From: Chloroflexota bacterium
GTDB taxonomy: Bacteria; Chloroflexota; Limnocylindria; Limnocylindrales; CSP1-4
Length of the DNA: 64,000 bases
NCBI GenBank assembly: GCA_016191425.1
Contig: JACPOR010000006.1
Location: 9,711 to 73,710, forward strand
Direction: 5' to 3'
Positions 27,603 to 40,727 of the stretch are shown piece after piece (positions within the stretch are counted from its first letter, which is position 1; every line of letters begins with the position of its first letter). Below the pieces are notes generated by a model, which worked only from the letters and a program-made list of their open reading frames with translations, made no database searches and was not told where the DNA came from. Both the position numbers and the translations under genes were made by a program.

Positions 27603-27936
27603 CGCGCCTTGCCTCCCAAGCGGGTCGTTGCATCCCGTGCAAACAACTTCGGGACTGCGGCGTACCGAAGCTCGCATGACGTCGATTCTTTGCGTTGGCT
27701 GCGACGATTCCACCGTCGGCCGCCCGGGAGGCCCGCTGCTGCAACGGCCACGTCGAAACATTGCATCGGATGCGACGGATCAGTGCCACGGGGCGTCGAT
27801 TCGCGAGTTGTTTGCGTATGCCGCAACGCGGCGCCGCCGATTTGCGTGGGGCGCAACGAACGTGGCCAACGGGGTCGAGCCGGCCGGACCCGCCCCCGAA
27901 GAACGCCGAGCGAAGGGCACGCCGGCCTGCGGCGTC

Positions 27937-28917
27937 CTACAGCCGCACGCTCGGCGGGCGGTCCCGATCGAACATGTGGACCGTGTCCACGAAGCGGACC
28001 GTCTTGGTCTGGTAGGCCATCACCAGGGAATGGGTCCGCGCCCCGCCACCGAAGAACCGGACCCCTTCGAGAAGGTCGCCGCTCGTCACGCCGGTCGCGG
28101 CGAAGACGAGGTTGTCGCCGGAGGCGAGGTCCTCCGTGTGATAGACACGGGTCTCGTCGCCGTGACCCATCTGCCTGCCCCGCTCGCGCTCCTCCTCGTT
28201 GCGGTAGCGGAAGCGGGCCTGGATTTCGCCGCCGAGGCAGCGCAGGGCGGCCGCGGTGATGACGCCCTCGGGGGCCCCGCCGAGACCCATGACCGCGTGG
28301 ACCCCTGTTCCCTGAACGGCGCAGCTGATGGCGCCCGACAGGTCTCCGTCGCCGATGAGCTTGATCCGGGCACCGGTCGCCCGGACCTCGGCGATCAGGG
28401 CGTCGTGCCGCGGCCGTTCGAGGATGATGATCGTGATGTCGCCCGGTTTGCGGCGGAGGGCCTCGGCGATCCGGTGCACGTTCTCGGTCGCGGACACCGT
28501 GATGTCCACGTGGCCGGCCGCCAGCGGGCCGACGCACAGCTTTTCGAGGTAGGTGTCGGGAGCGTGGACAAGCCCGCCCTTCTCCGAGGCCGCCAGGACG
28601 GTGATCGCGCCGGCGGATCCGGTCGCGACAAGGTTGGTGCCCTCGAGGGGGTCAACGGCGATGTCGATCTCGGGTGCGGATCCGTCGGCGCTCGCCGCAC
28701 CAACCCGCTCGCCGATGTAGAGCATCGGCGCCTCGTCGCGCTCACCCTCGCCGATGACGATCGTGCCCGCCATCTGGATCTCGTCCATCGCGGCGCGCAT
28801 GGCCTCGGTGGCGAGGCGATCGGCCTCGGTGCGGTCCCCTCGACCCATGAGCCGGGCGGACGCGATCGCCGCCGCCTCGGTGACCCGAACCATCTCAAGC
28901 GCGAGCAGTTGTTCCAC
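27937..28917 (-). CDS. glpX: fructose-1,6-bisphosphatase class II (GlpX)
   Basis: 326 aa; [16 protein letters not shown]...[11 protein letters not shown]... characteristic of GlpX. Confidence 0.85.
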   Translation of the reverse strand: MEQLLALEMVRVTEAAAIASARLMGRGDRTEADRLATEAMRAAMDEIQMAGTIVIGEGERDEAPMLYIGERVGAASADGSAPEIDIAVDPLEGTNLVATGSAGAITVLAASEKGGLVHAPDTYLEKLCVGPLAAGHVDITVSATENVHRIAEALRRKPGDITIIILERPRHDALIAEVRATGARIKLIGDGDLSGAISCAVQGTGVHAVMGLGGAPEGVITAAALRCLGGEIQARFRYRNEEERERGRQMGHGDETRVYHTEDLASGDNLVFAATGVTSGDLLEGVRFFGGGARTHSLVMAYQTKTVRFVDTVHMFDRDRPPSVRL

Positions 28918-28956
28918 GGTGCACTCCGGATAGCGGGCCGGTCTGCCGGCGGTCGA

Positions 28957-30504
28957 TCAGTGGCGGAAGTGACGGCGACCTGTGAAGACCATGGCGAGGT
29001 GGTGGCGGTCGGCGACCTCGATGGCCATCTCGTCACGGATCGAGCCGCCGGGCTGGATGATCGCCGACACGCCGGCCTGCGCCGCGATCTGGATCCCGTC
29101 CGGGAAGGGGAAGTAGGCATCGCTGGCCATCACGCTGAGACGGGCGCGATCCCCGGCCCGGCGGAGTGCGATCTCAACGGAGACCTGGCGGCTTGCCTGG
29201 GCCGCCCCGATTCCCACCGATGCGCCGTTCCTGGCGAGGACGATGGCGTTGGATCGGACATGGCGGACGGCCCGCCAGGCGAACAGGAGATCGGTCAGCT
29301 CCTCGAGGGTCGGGCGCCGCTTCGTGACCACCTGGAGCTGGCTGCGGTCCAGGCCGAGCGTGTCCAGCGTCTCGACCAGGAGGCCCCCGCCGATGCGCTT
29401 GAAGTCGAGGTTCGCGATCCCGTAGTCGCGCATCCCGTCGGTGGGATCGGGCGGCACCGCGACGATCTCCAGGCCGGCCTTCTGGCGGAGGATCCCGAGC
29501 GCCGCCCGGTCGAATCCGGGCGCCACGACGGCCTCGTAGGAATTCTGGGAAATCGCCCGGGCAGTCGCGCCGTCAAGCTCGCGATTGACACCGACGATCC
29601 CACCGAACGATGCGACGGGGTCGGTCTCGAGGGCCTTCCGATAGGCGTCGACGAGCTCGTCCGACGAGGCGATCCCAACCGGATCCGTGTGCTTCGTGAT
29701 CACGACGGTCGGGCCCGTGTAGTCGCTGGCCGTTCGATAGGCCGCATCGATGTCGAGGAGGTTGTTGAACGACGGCCTCTCGCCGTGGAGCTGGGTGCTG
29801 TCGGCAAGCGTTCCAGACCGGTGGGTGGTCTCCCGATAGAACGCGGCCGACTGATGGGGGTTCTCCCCGTGGCGGAGGTCGGCGACCTTCTCGAGGACCA
29901 TGGCGAGGTGCTTCGGAAAGGTGGTCCCCGAGATCTGGTTGAGGTACGCCGCGATCTCGGCGTGGTAGGCGGCCACGATCCCGAACGCTTCGGCGGCGAG
30001 CTGGGCCCGGAACTCCGCGCTGACGAGTCCCCGCTCCCGGAGCTCGACGATGACCCGCGAGTAGTGCTCCGGGTTGGCAACCGCGGTCACGCCGGCGCCG
30101 TTGCGAGCGGCGGCCCCGAGCAGTGCGGCACCGCCGACGTCGATCATCTCGCTCGCTCGCTCGATGCCCACGAGACTGCGCCCGATCTCGGCCCCGAATG
30201 ACCTGACGTTGACGACCACGAGATCGATGGTCGCGATGCCCTGGTCGGCGAGCTCGGCGAGCTGCTCCGGCTTGTCCCGTCGGGCCAGAATGCCCGCGTA
30301 GACGGCCGGGTGGAAGGTTTTGACCTGACCGTCGAGCATGGCCGGGATGCCCGTGAGGTCGGCGATCGGGGACACCTCGACGCCGTCCGCGGCAAGATGC
30401 TCACGAGTCCCGTCGGTCGCGTACAGCTCGACCCCGAGGGCCTGCAACTCGCGCGCAAAGGTGGTGATTCCGTCGCGCGTGGCGACCGAAAGCAGGGCTC
30501 GCAA
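28957..30504 (-). CDS. purH: bifunctional AICAR formyltransferase / IMP cyclohydrolase
   Basis: 515 aa, MGS-like N-domain and AICARFT C-domain sequence features throughout. Confidence 0.9.
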   Translation of the reverse strand: MRALLSVATRDGITTFARELQALGVELYATDGTREHLAADGVEVSPIADLTGIPAMLDGQVKTFHPAVYAGILARRDKPEQLAELADQGIATIDLVVVNVRSFGAEIGRSLVGIERASEMIDVGGAALLGAAARNGAGVTAVANPEHYSRVIVELRERGLVSAEFRAQLAAEAFGIVAAYHAEIAAYLNQISGTTFPKHLAMVLEKVADLRHGENPHQSAAFYRETTHRSGTLADSTQLHGERPSFNNLLDIDAAYRTASDYTGPTVVITKHTDPVGIASSDELVDAYRKALETDPVASFGGIVGVNRELDGATARAISQNSYEAVVAPGFDRAALGILRQKAGLEIVAVPPDPTDGMRDYGIANLDFKRIGGGLLVETLDTLGLDRSQLQVVTKRRPTLEELTDLLFAWRAVRHVRSNAIVLARNGASVGIGAAQASRQVSVEIALRRAGDRARLSVMASDAYFPFPDGIQIAAQAGVSAIIQPGGSIRDEMAIEVADRHHLAMVFTGRRHFRH

Positions 30505-30630
30505 GCGTCCTCCTCAATCTGCCGTCGGCGGGGTGCGGGTCTCGGGTCGAGTATAGCCGCGGCCCGTGGCATACTCCATGCTCGGCGACCTCGACCGCGG
30601 CAGCGCGGTGGCCACGCACTTGGAGACACG

Positions 30631-31059
30631 GTGACGCTGCTTCCCTGGGAATACCTCTGGCTTCCCTTCACGGCACGAAACTTTCCGGATCTGTTCAACG
30701 AAATCTGGATCAGTTCGGTGGTCCTGCTCGTCGTACTGGTCGTGCTCTACAACCTCCGCACGCGCGCCCTGCATCGACACCGGGTCTACACCGACATGTG
30801 GGAGTGGCTCCTGTGGACCGGGCTGATCACGTTCATGCTGGCGGTGACGGGGGCCATCTTCGTGTTCGATTTCGCGGTCGTCCTCGTGACCCTCGTGGCA
30901 GGCCTGGCGACGATGGTCTGGGTCCGGTTCCGTCGCTATCCGCCGCTCTTCGAGGCCTATGAGCAGCAGCTCGCGCGACAGCGCTACGTGAGCCGCCAGA
31001 AGGCATCGCGGCCGGAAGCCACCATCCGATCCCGGGGCTCGCGGCGCCGGCGGCGCTGA
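30631..31059 (+). CDS. small integral membrane protein (hypothetical), ~142 aa
   Basis: GTG start preceded by GGAGA; three predicted TM helices; basic C-terminal tail. Confidence 0.5.
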   Translation: MTLLPWEYLWLPFTARNFPDLFNEIWISSVVLLVVLVVLYNLRTRALHRHRVYTDMWEWLLWTGLITFMLAVTGAIFVFDFAVVLVTLVAGLATMVWVRFRRYPPLFEAYEQQLARQRYVSRQKASRPEATIRSRGSRRRRR

Positions 31060-31106
31060 ACCGCGCCGGCGTAGCGGCATCGAGCGAACGGATCCGGGCA
31101 CGCGAC

Positions 31107-31640
31107 GTGCCGATCGAGGTTCGACGGTTCGGGGTCGGCTACCGTCGTCCAGAGGGGCCACCGGGAACGCGCGGTCTGGCCGGGCAGGTCATTCATTCCG
31201 ACGGCCGCGGCCTGATCTCCGAACTGGCCTTTTCCCGCGGCGGCACGATCGTTCCGCATGACAACCCGAACACCTCGTGGTTCTGTGTCATCGAGGGCGG
31301 CGGCTGGGTCCTCGTCGGCGAGGAGCGGCGACGCGTGGCGGCCGGGGAGGCCGTCCTCTGGCCCGCCAACGTGACCCACGCGGCCTGGACCGAGCAGGGC
31401 GAAATGCGGGCGATCGTCGTGGAATTTGCGGGCCCCGACGACGCCCACCCGCTCCTCGAAGAGGCCGCCTCCACCCGACGGATCGCGCGGGCCACCCGAC
31501 GGATCGGTGCCGGGGAATCGTCGGCCACGCCAGATTCGCGCGCCGATTCGAGCGATTCGGTGGCGCGTGGAGAGGGTCAGCTGGCCGATCGGCCCGTCAA
31601 TCCGGCGATGGTGGATCGCTCATCGGGTGAGCCGGTCTAG
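31107..31640 (+). CDS. cupin domain protein
   Basis: Cupin_2-like motifs (GTIVPHDNPN...VIEGGGWV; GEAVLWPANVTHAAW); low-complexity C-terminal tail. Confidence 0.6.
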   Translation: MPIEVRRFGVGYRRPEGPPGTRGLAGQVIHSDGRGLISELAFSRGGTIVPHDNPNTSWFCVIEGGGWVLVGEERRRVAAGEAVLWPANVTHAAWTEQGEMRAIVVEFAGPDDAHPLLEEAASTRRIARATRRIGAGESSATPDSRADSSDSVARGEGQLADRPVNPAMVDRSSGEPV

Positions 31641-31701
31641 CGATCGAACCGTCTCGACACCGAACCCTGACGTCACGTCGACCGGACGTACCGCCGACGT
31701 G

Positions 31702-32304
31702 TCAGGCGTCTCCGAGGATCGCCCCGAGCTGGCCGAGGATTCGGGCGGTGGCGCCCCATACGCGGAGACCCATGGTCGGGTAGGCCCCGAAGCGCACTGG
31801 GAACCCACGGATCTCCGTTTCGACGAGTTCGATCCGTGCGCCGGCGACGAAGGCGGCGAGGGGCGCCCGAACGATGGCTTCGACTTCGTCGGGCGAGGCC
31901 ATGAGCACGGGCCGACGCGCCGCCAGGGCGACGACGGGTGTGACCCGGTAGTCCGAGATCGGGATCCAGAACGTCTCGAGCTGTCCGACCACCCGGACGC
32001 CCGACAGGATCGGATCGAGCCCCACCTCCTCAGCCGCCTCTCGAATCGCGGTCGCCGCTGCGTCCGAATCGCCGGGCTCGGACCGGCCGCCCGGCAGGGC
32101 GACGTCACCGCCGTGGTGGCCGCCCCGGTCAACACGACGGATCAGGATGACTTCGGCCTCCGCGTCAGGATCATTCGACGCTGGCGCGATCAGCACGAGG
32201 ACGGCCGCGTCACGCGCGGAGTCGGGCCCGGTCAGGACGGCCGCCGTCCGCCGCTCACCGGTGTCGAGACGCTCGGGCACCAGGGCGGCCGGCGGCGCCG
32301 GCAA
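31702..32304 (-). CDS. NUDIX hydrolase
   Basis: Nudix box GGRSEPGDSDAAATAIREAAEEVGL present. Confidence 0.7.
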   Translation of the reverse strand: MPAPPAALVPERLDTGERRTAAVLTGPDSARDAAVLVLIAPASNDPDAEAEVILIRRVDRGGHHGGDVALPGGRSEPGDSDAAATAIREAAEEVGLDPILSGVRVVGQLETFWIPISDYRVTPVVALAARRPVLMASPDEVEAIVRAPLAAFVAGARIELVETEIRGFPVRFGAYPTMGLRVWGATARILGQLGAILGDA

Positions 32305-32348
32305 CTCCTCCGGGAGGATCGCGAGCCGCGCCGCGGCTGCCGCGTACT

Positions 32349-35111
<2,763 letters not shown>

Positions 35112-35154
35112 GGTGGATCTCGGTTCTCTTTCCCTGCGCCGCGGATCGTTGTGG

Positions 35155-36156
35155 TCAGATGCGTGGATCTGGCTGCTCCACAAGGTCGAGGAACGTCGTC
35201 GCAGCCGCGCGGGCCTCGTCGGAGATCCGGCTCGGCAGGACGACGCGAACCCGGACGTAGAGGTCGCCCGAGCCCTCGCGCTTGAGTCGAGGCATGCCCT
35301 GTCCGGTCAAACGGAACGTCCGCCCGGTCTGGGTGCCCGGCGGGAGGGTGAGGAGGACCCGGCCCTTGAGCGTCCTGACAGAAACCTCGCCGCCAAGGAG
35401 GGCCTCACGGAGCGACACGGGAATCTCCCGCTCGAGATCGGCGCCACGGCGGGTGAAGTCGCCATGCGGCACGACCTTGATGACCACGATGAGGTCGCGG
35501 CCGTCGGGGCCCTTCCCGGAGAGTCGCACCCGGCTGCTCGTGTCGACACCGCGCGGGATCGCGACCTCGAGACGCCGGCCGGCGACCTCCACGATGCGCG
35601 AGGCTCCGTGGAAGGCCTCTTCGAGGGTCACATCGGCGATCGCCTCGGCCGGCGCGAGGACCGCGTTCGTCCCGCCAGCGGTCCCGGCGGCCCGAGCTCG
35701 GCCGCCATTGCCGAAGAGGACCTCGAAGAAGTCACTGAAACCGGCACCGGCGGCTCCGGCACCGGGGGCTCCGCCACCGGCAGCGCCGCCGCCGGTTGTC
35801 CGGAACTCGTAGTGGACGTTCTGGCCACCGGCGCCGGCGTAGCTCGCGAATGGCCCGCCCGGTCCGAATGGATCACCCTGGGCGCCCGACGATCGACCAC
35901 CACTCGGATTCGCCTTGGCGGCTCGCTCGTAGGCCTCCCAGTCCGTGCCGAACCGGTCGTACTTCTGCCGCTTGTCCGGATCGGACAGGACCTCGTTGGC
36001 CTCGTTCACGTCCTTGAAACGCTGCTCGGCAACCTTGTTGCCGGGCTTCTTGTCAGGGTGATTCTCTCGGGCGAGCTTGCGGAAGGCCTTCTTGATCTCG
36101 GCGGCCGTCGCGGTGCGGGGCACGCCGAGAGTCTGGTAGTAGTCGCGGACGTCCAT
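35155..36156 (-). CDS. J-domain co-chaperone, DnaJ/CbpA-like (no zinc-finger CxxCxGxG repeats)
   Basis: N-terminal J domain (DYYQTLGV...HPDK), Gly-rich region, C-terminal DnaJ_C-like domains; lacks the Cys-rich Zn-finger of type I DnaJ. Confidence 0.8.
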   Translation of the reverse strand: MDVRDYYQTLGVPRTATAAEIKKAFRKLARENHPDKKPGNKVAEQRFKDVNEANEVLSDPDKRQKYDRFGTDWEAYERAAKANPSGGRSSGAQGDPFGPGGPFASYAGAGGQNVHYEFRTTGGGAAGGGAPGAGAAGAGFSDFFEVLFGNGGRARAAGTAGGTNAVLAPAEAIADVTLEEAFHGASRIVEVAGRRLEVAIPRGVDTSSRVRLSGKGPDGRDLIVVIKVVPHGDFTRRGADLEREIPVSLREALLGGEVSVRTLKGRVLLTLPPGTQTGRTFRLTGQGMPRLKREGSGDLYVRVRVVLPSRISDEARAAATTFLDLVEQPDPRI

Positions 36157-36312
36157 TACGTCACATGTCCGAAACGAACGTCGCCGTTTGGGCGCGCCAC
36201 TCCGTCGTTAAAACGCGCGCGCACGCTCACGCACGTTCCGGTGCGCTCGCTCATGCACTCGGTTCCGCCTTGGCTTGGCATCGCTCCAACAGCGAACACT
36301 GGTTCCGTCTCC

Positions 36313-38784
36313 TCAGACGACGACCGCAGGCTGATCCGGCGGGAAGGTCGGGCGGGGGAGGGACCGGGATGATCCGCGCTCGCCACCGGAGTTCGGCGTG
36401 GAGCTCGCCGGGGCCGCCAACGCCTTCGGGCGCCGACGAAGCGCTGCCTCGAGTACCTGATCCATGGAATCCGCGAGCACGAGCTTGATCGACTTGCGGA
36501 TCTCGTCCGGGATCTCGCGGAGATCCTTCTCGTTCTTCCTCGGCAGGATCACCGTTCGTGCGCCCGAGAGGTGCGCTGCAAGGATCTTGCTCTTGAGTCC
36601 GCCGATCGGGAGGACGCGCCCGCGGAGGGTGATCTCGCCGGTCATCGCGACGTCCTTGCGGACGGGGATGCCGGTGAGGGCAGACACGATGGCGGTGGCC
36701 ATCGTCACACCCGCTGACGGCCCGTCCTTGGGGATGGCCCCGGCCGGGACGTGGATGTGGAGGGTATTCTTCTCGAAGACCTCTCGCGAGATGCCCAGCT
36801 CGGACGCGTGGGCGCGTGTCCACGACAGGCCAGCACGGGCAGACTCGCGCATGACCTCACCGAGCTGGCCGGTGAGGATGAAGTCTTCCTTACCCTCCAT
36901 CTTGGTGACCTCGACCGCGACGATGTCGCCGCCGACTTCCGTTACGCCGAGGCCGGTGGCCGCGCCGGTCTGGTCCTCGGCCTCGAGTTCACCGTACTCG
37001 AACCGCGGCGGCCCGAGATACTCGACGAGCTTCTTCTTGTCGACGACGGTCCGGCGCTTGCGGCCCTCCGCGACCGTTCGGGCGACCTTGCGCATCACGT
37101 TGGCGATCTCGCGCTCGAGGTTCCGGACGCCGGCCTCGTGCGTGTAGGAGAGGACCAGCTCGACCATCGCCTCTTCCGTGATCTCGATGTGCTTCGGCCG
37201 GAGGCCGTGATTGGTCATCTGCTTCGGGACCAGGAATCGCTTTCCGATCTCGATCTTCTCTCGCTGGGTGTAGCCGGGAAGTTGGACGACCTCCATCCGG
37301 TCGCGCAGGGCGGCCGGTATCGGATCCATCAGGTTGCCGGTGGCGATGAACATCACCTTCGAGAGGTCGAACGGCACCTCGAGGTAATTGTCCTGGAAGG
37401 TGTTGTTCTGCTCCGGATCGAGGACCTCGAGCAGGGCGGACGACGGGTCGCCCCGGAAGTCCATCCCGATCTTGTCGATCTCGTCGAGCATGAAGACGGG
37501 GTTGTTGGTGCCAGCCGTCTTGATGTTCTGGATGATCCGGCCGGGCAGGGCGCCGATGTAGGTTCGGCGATGGCCCCTGATCTCGGCCTCGTCGTGGATT
37601 CCGCCCAGGCTCATCCGGACGAACTTGCGGCCCATCGCTCGGGCCACGCTCTTGCCGAGCGAGGTCTTACCCACGCCGGGTGGTCCGATCAGGGCAAGGA
37701 TGGGGCTGCGGATCGTATCGGCAAGCGACCGAACGGCCAGATACTCGAGGATTCGCTCCTTGATCTTGTCAAGGCCGTAGTGGTCCTCTTCAAGGATCCG
37801 GGCCGCCTCCTTGATATCCAGGAGGTCGTCCGTCGAGGTGTTCCATGGCAGGCCGGCGAGCCAATCAACGTACGTGCGGATCACGCCGACCTCGGGCGAG
37901 GCGGACGGAATCCGGCTCATCCGGTCCACCTCCTTGAGCGCGCGCGCCTTGATCTCCTCGGGCATGCCGGCGGACTCGACCTTGTCGCGAAGTTCGTTGA
38001 CCTCGGCCTGCTGGGGGTCGTCCTCGCCGAGCTCCCGCTGGATCGCCTTGAGCTGTTCGCGGAGGATGTACTCGCGCTGGGTCTTGTCCATCTCGGACTT
38101 GACCTCGGACTGGATTCTGCCCTTGAGCTCGAGGATCTCGATCTGATGGGCGAGGAAGCTCGAGACGAGCTTGAGCCGCTCCGCGATGTCGACGGTCTCG
38201 AGCAATTCCTGGCGCTGTTCGGTGGTCATGTCGGGGCTGTACGCCGTCATGTCGGCCAGCAGCCCGGGTTCGGAGATGTTCTTGGCTGCGACCGCCGCCT
38301 CGGGCGGTACGGGCGCACCGGCCTGGACGTACTGCTCGACCTGCGCCTGGACCGAGCGCATCAGCGCCTGGATCTCGACGTTCGGCGGTGTGGTGTCGTG
38401 AAGCTCCTCCACGCGCGCTCGCAGGTACGGATCGACCCGGGAGAAGCCGTCGAGGCGGATGCGCCCCTGGCCCTGGACGATGGCCCGCACGGTGCCGTCC
38501 TGGAGCTGGACCACCTGGGCGATCTTCGCGATCGTGCCCACGGTGTACAGCTCGGAGGCGTCGGTGATGTCCTCCTGATCGGCCTGGCGTTGCGTCACGA
38601 GCGCGATCGGCGAGCCTGCCTCAACGGCGGCGTTGAGAGCCGCGACGCTCTTGTCACGGCCTACCTGCAGGGGCACGATCATCTCCGGAAAGATGACCGT
38701 CTCCCGTAGCGCAACGAGCGGCAAGTCCTGGATATGCGGTTCGGTCCGCTCGGCGTCCCGGGTGGATGGTCGCTTTGCCATCAA
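36313..38784 (-). CDS. lon: ATP-dependent protease Lon
   Basis: 823 aa; LON N-domain, AAA+ (GPPGVGKTS), and S16 protease domain with DGPSAG catalytic Ser motif. Confidence 0.9.
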   Translation of the reverse strand: MMAKRPSTRDAERTEPHIQDLPLVALRETVIFPEMIVPLQVGRDKSVAALNAAVEAGSPIALVTQRQADQEDITDASELYTVGTIAKIAQVVQLQDGTVRAIVQGQGRIRLDGFSRVDPYLRARVEELHDTTPPNVEIQALMRSVQAQVEQYVQAGAPVPPEAAVAAKNISEPGLLADMTAYSPDMTTEQRQELLETVDIAERLKLVSSFLAHQIEILELKGRIQSEVKSEMDKTQREYILREQLKAIQRELGEDDPQQAEVNELRDKVESAGMPEEIKARALKEVDRMSRIPSASPEVGVIRTYVDWLAGLPWNTSTDDLLDIKEAARILEEDHYGLDKIKERILEYLAVRSLADTIRSPILALIGPPGVGKTSLGKSVARAMGRKFVRMSLGGIHDEAEIRGHRRTYIGALPGRIIQNIKTAGTNNPVFMLDEIDKIGMDFRGDPSSALLEVLDPEQNNTFQDNYLEVPFDLSKVMFIATGNLMDPIPAALRDRMEVVQLPGYTQREKIEIGKRFLVPKQMTNHGLRPKHIEITEEAMVELVLSYTHEAGVRNLEREIANVMRKVARTVAEGRKRRTVVDKKKLVEYLGPPRFEYGELEAEDQTGAATGLGVTEVGGDIVAVEVTKMEGKEDFILTGQLGEVMRESARAGLSWTRAHASELGISREVFEKNTLHIHVPAGAIPKDGPSAGVTMATAIVSALTGIPVRKDVAMTGEITLRGRVLPIGGLKSKILAAHLSGARTVILPRKNEKDLREIPDEIRKSIKLVLADSMDQVLEAALRRRPKALAAPASSTPNSGGERGSSRSLPRPTFPPDQPAVVV

Positions 38785-38853
38785 AGTCTCCTGCGTGGTG
38801 CTGCGGTTGGTGATTGGCCGTGAGTGGCGGGCCGAGCGCTCCGGCCCGCGCGA

Positions 38854-39228
38854 TCAGGCGGTGGAAGCCGAGGGTTCGGACGTCGCCGCTGTCGCGTCCT
38901 GCGCGGCCCTGGCGGCGTCCGCCCCCTCGTCATAAAGGCGCTCGAGGATCCTGGTCCCGAGGCGTTCCTCGAGTTCGAACAGGATCCGCACCCCGGCGAG
39001 ATTGACGCCGAGGTTCTGGGTGAGATGGCGGATCCACAACACCCGTCGAATGTCCGTCTCCGAATAGAGGCGGATGTTGGTTGGCGTGCGCGCCGGGCAG
39101 ACGAGACCGGCATCCTCGTAGATCCGTAGCGTGCGCGGGTGCACGCTGACGATGCTCGCCGCCACGCTGATGACGTAGACGGGTCGCTCAGGATCCGGGG
39201 TATCGGCTCGGCGAATGCTCACGCGCAC
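38854..39228 (-). CDS. hspR: MerR-family heat-shock repressor, HspR-like
   Basis: YVISVAASIVSVHPRTLRIYEDAGLV...RLYS..DI.R matches HspR N-terminal HTH; located between hsp20 and lon. Confidence 0.75.
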   Translation of the reverse strand: MRVSIRRADTPDPERPVYVISVAASIVSVHPRTLRIYEDAGLVCPARTPTNIRLYSETDIRRVLWIRHLTQNLGVNLAGVRILFELEERLGTRILERLYDEGADAARAAQDATAATSEPSASTA

Positions 39229-39247
39229 GAAGGACTCGCGATTTCCG

Positions 39248-39751
39248 TCAGGTCCGGGACGCCTCGGCGGGGACCCTGGCCGTCCCGTTGGACGACATCT
39301 CGGTCACCGGCGAGATCCGGATCTGGCGCGGCTTCATCTGCTCGGCCTTCGGGATCCGCAGGGACAGGATCCCGTGTTCGAAGGTCGCCTCGGCCTTGTC
39401 GGGCTCGAGCCCGTTCGGCAGGGTCACCGATCGGCTGAAGCTGCCGCGGCGGATCTCCTGGATCAGGTAGCTTCCCTCGCCAACCTGGCGCTCGTCGGCG
39501 GTCCGGCCGGTGATGGTGAGCGTGCCGTCTTCTACGGTGATCTCCACGTCCTCGGGCTTGATCCCGGGGAGGGATGCCTCGACAACGATGGACTCGGGCG
39601 TGGCGACCACGTCGAGCGGAAGGGCAGGGCCCTCGAGGGTTCCTGCGGTCCATGTGAATGGGCGGAAGACGTCGTCGTCGAAGAGTCGATCCATCGCCTG
39701 GCGGAGTGTCAAGAACTCGCCTCGAGGCGAGGGTCGGCGCACGATCGTCAT
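39248..39751 (-). CDS. Hsp20/alpha-crystallin family small heat-shock protein
   Basis: Start at MTIVRRPSPRGE... with GGAGG SD; alpha-crystallin domain (VVATPESIVVEASLPGIKPEDVEITVEDGTLTITG...GSFSRSVTLP). Confidence 0.8.
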   Translation of the reverse strand: MTIVRRPSPRGEFLTLRQAMDRLFDDDVFRPFTWTAGTLEGPALPLDVVATPESIVVEASLPGIKPEDVEITVEDGTLTITGRTADERQVGEGSYLIQEIRRGSFSRSVTLPNGLEPDKAEATFEHGILSLRIPKAEQMKPRQIRISPVTEMSSNGTARVPAEASRT

Positions 39752-39994
39752 TTCGTGGCACCTCCTGTGCTGCTGTAGTGTCCCCTGCCCGGGTCCGAAT
39801 CGATCGTCCCTTGCGGGCATCCGGCCCACCTCGGACCGGACGTATAGCATCGTAGAAACCTGCCAACGTCATTGTCAAGAGTCCGTATGGTTGCGTTTTC
39901 TTGATTCTTCACTGGGGCGCGACCGTCGGGAGGTCGTCATACGGTGCCTCGCCGGTGGCTCTCGCGGAGCGCGGTGGCTCTCGAGGGAACGTGG

Positions 39995-40300
39995 TGCCGA
40001 ACCTCCGGCGATCCCGTGCCGGAACCTCCGGCAATCCCGTGCCGGAACCGCGGCGCGTCCCGTGCCGCCCCCCGGTCACTGCGCGTGCCGAGCCCCGGCA
40101 ATCCTCGCTTGTGCTCGCCCCCCGGTCATTGCGAGTGCCGAGCCCCGGGCAATCCTCGCTTGTGCTCTCCGCCCGGTCACTGCGAGTGCCGAGCCCCGGG
40201 CAATCCTCGCTTGTGCTCTCCGCCCGGTCACTGCGCGTGCCGAGCCCCGGGCAATCCTCGCTTGTGACCACCCCCGGAGCACTGTGCGGATAGCCGACCA
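39995..40300. repeat. degenerate tandem array: ~13 units of ~25 bp with higher-order 51-bp period (4 near-identical 51-bp copies at 40070-40273); nested short inverted repeats (CCGGCA-n6-TGCCGG, GCGAG...CTCGC); not CRISPR-like (no unique spacers)
   Basis: Seen directly, e.g. ccggtcactgcgagtgccgagccccgggcaatcctcgcttgtgctctccgc repeated; intergenic between trkA 3' end and hsp20 promoter. Confidence 0.85.
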
Positions 40301-40574
40301 CGGCTGACCGCCAGCCGACCCGGCGATCCCGCCGATTCCCCGCCTCCGGTCCGGGTGTCGTGCGTGGCCGGGGGCAGGGCGAGCCGACCCGTCGCTGCTC
40401 GGGCCGGTTCGGGCGGGCGGTCCACCCTTGCTACCTCGATAGTGCTCCCCGGCGGCGCATTGGCCAGGAAACCGGGCAGGGCCCAGGCCGAACGGGCCGC
40501 GCGGCGCCGAACGGTGTGCCGGGCGGGGATGGGAGGGACCGAGCAGGGAGGAACCGAGCCAGGCAGTCGGGTGG

Positions 40575-40725
40575 GCGAATACCGGCGATCTTCGCTTGTG
40601 ACCGCCCCCCGGTCACCGCACGCAAACTGTTCGTTGCGATCGTTCCCGCCGTCATCCCGGGTGCGCGGTCAGCTCGTCGGGCGTTGTCAGCTCGTCGGGC
40701 GTTGTCAGCTCGTCGCGCCGGGTGG
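40575..40725. repeat. partial copy of the 51-bp repeat unit (tcgcttgtgaccgccccccggtcaccgcacg) followed by 18-bp tandem repeat GTCAGCTCGTCGGGCGTT x3 immediately 3' of trkA
   Basis: Seen directly; flanks a ~300-bp segment (40300-40575) that is homologous to 62850-63110. Confidence 0.8.
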
Positions 40726-40727
40726 AG

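Noticed and set aside
27628-30201. 857-aa + strand ORF, plus minus-strand ORFs 27317..28537 (5' part) and 28395..29120
   Set aside because: Overlap glpX and purH in other frames; compositionally biased (Arg/Gly/Pro); the real genes are glpX and purH. Only the 3' portion of 27317..28537 (from ATG 27602) is kept, as a small ORF with a strong SD.
39752-39900. HspR HAIR operator (CTTGAGT-N7-ACTCAAG) upstream of hsp20
   Set aside because: Only a -35/-10-like pair (TTGACA ... TACGAT) and a partial ACTCTTGA match were found; no convincing HAIR palindrome, so no operator is annotated.
39995-40300. Possible CRISPR array
   Set aside because: Units are contiguous near-identical repeats with no unique spacers and no cas genes nearby; this is a tandem minisatellite, not CRISPR.
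39909-40301. ORFs on both strands across the 51-bp tandem array (for example a 130-aa ORF with repeated STSEDCPGLGTRSDRAE)
   Set aside because: Periodic amino-acid repeats simply mirror the DNA tandem repeat; no start context; treated as non-coding repeat.
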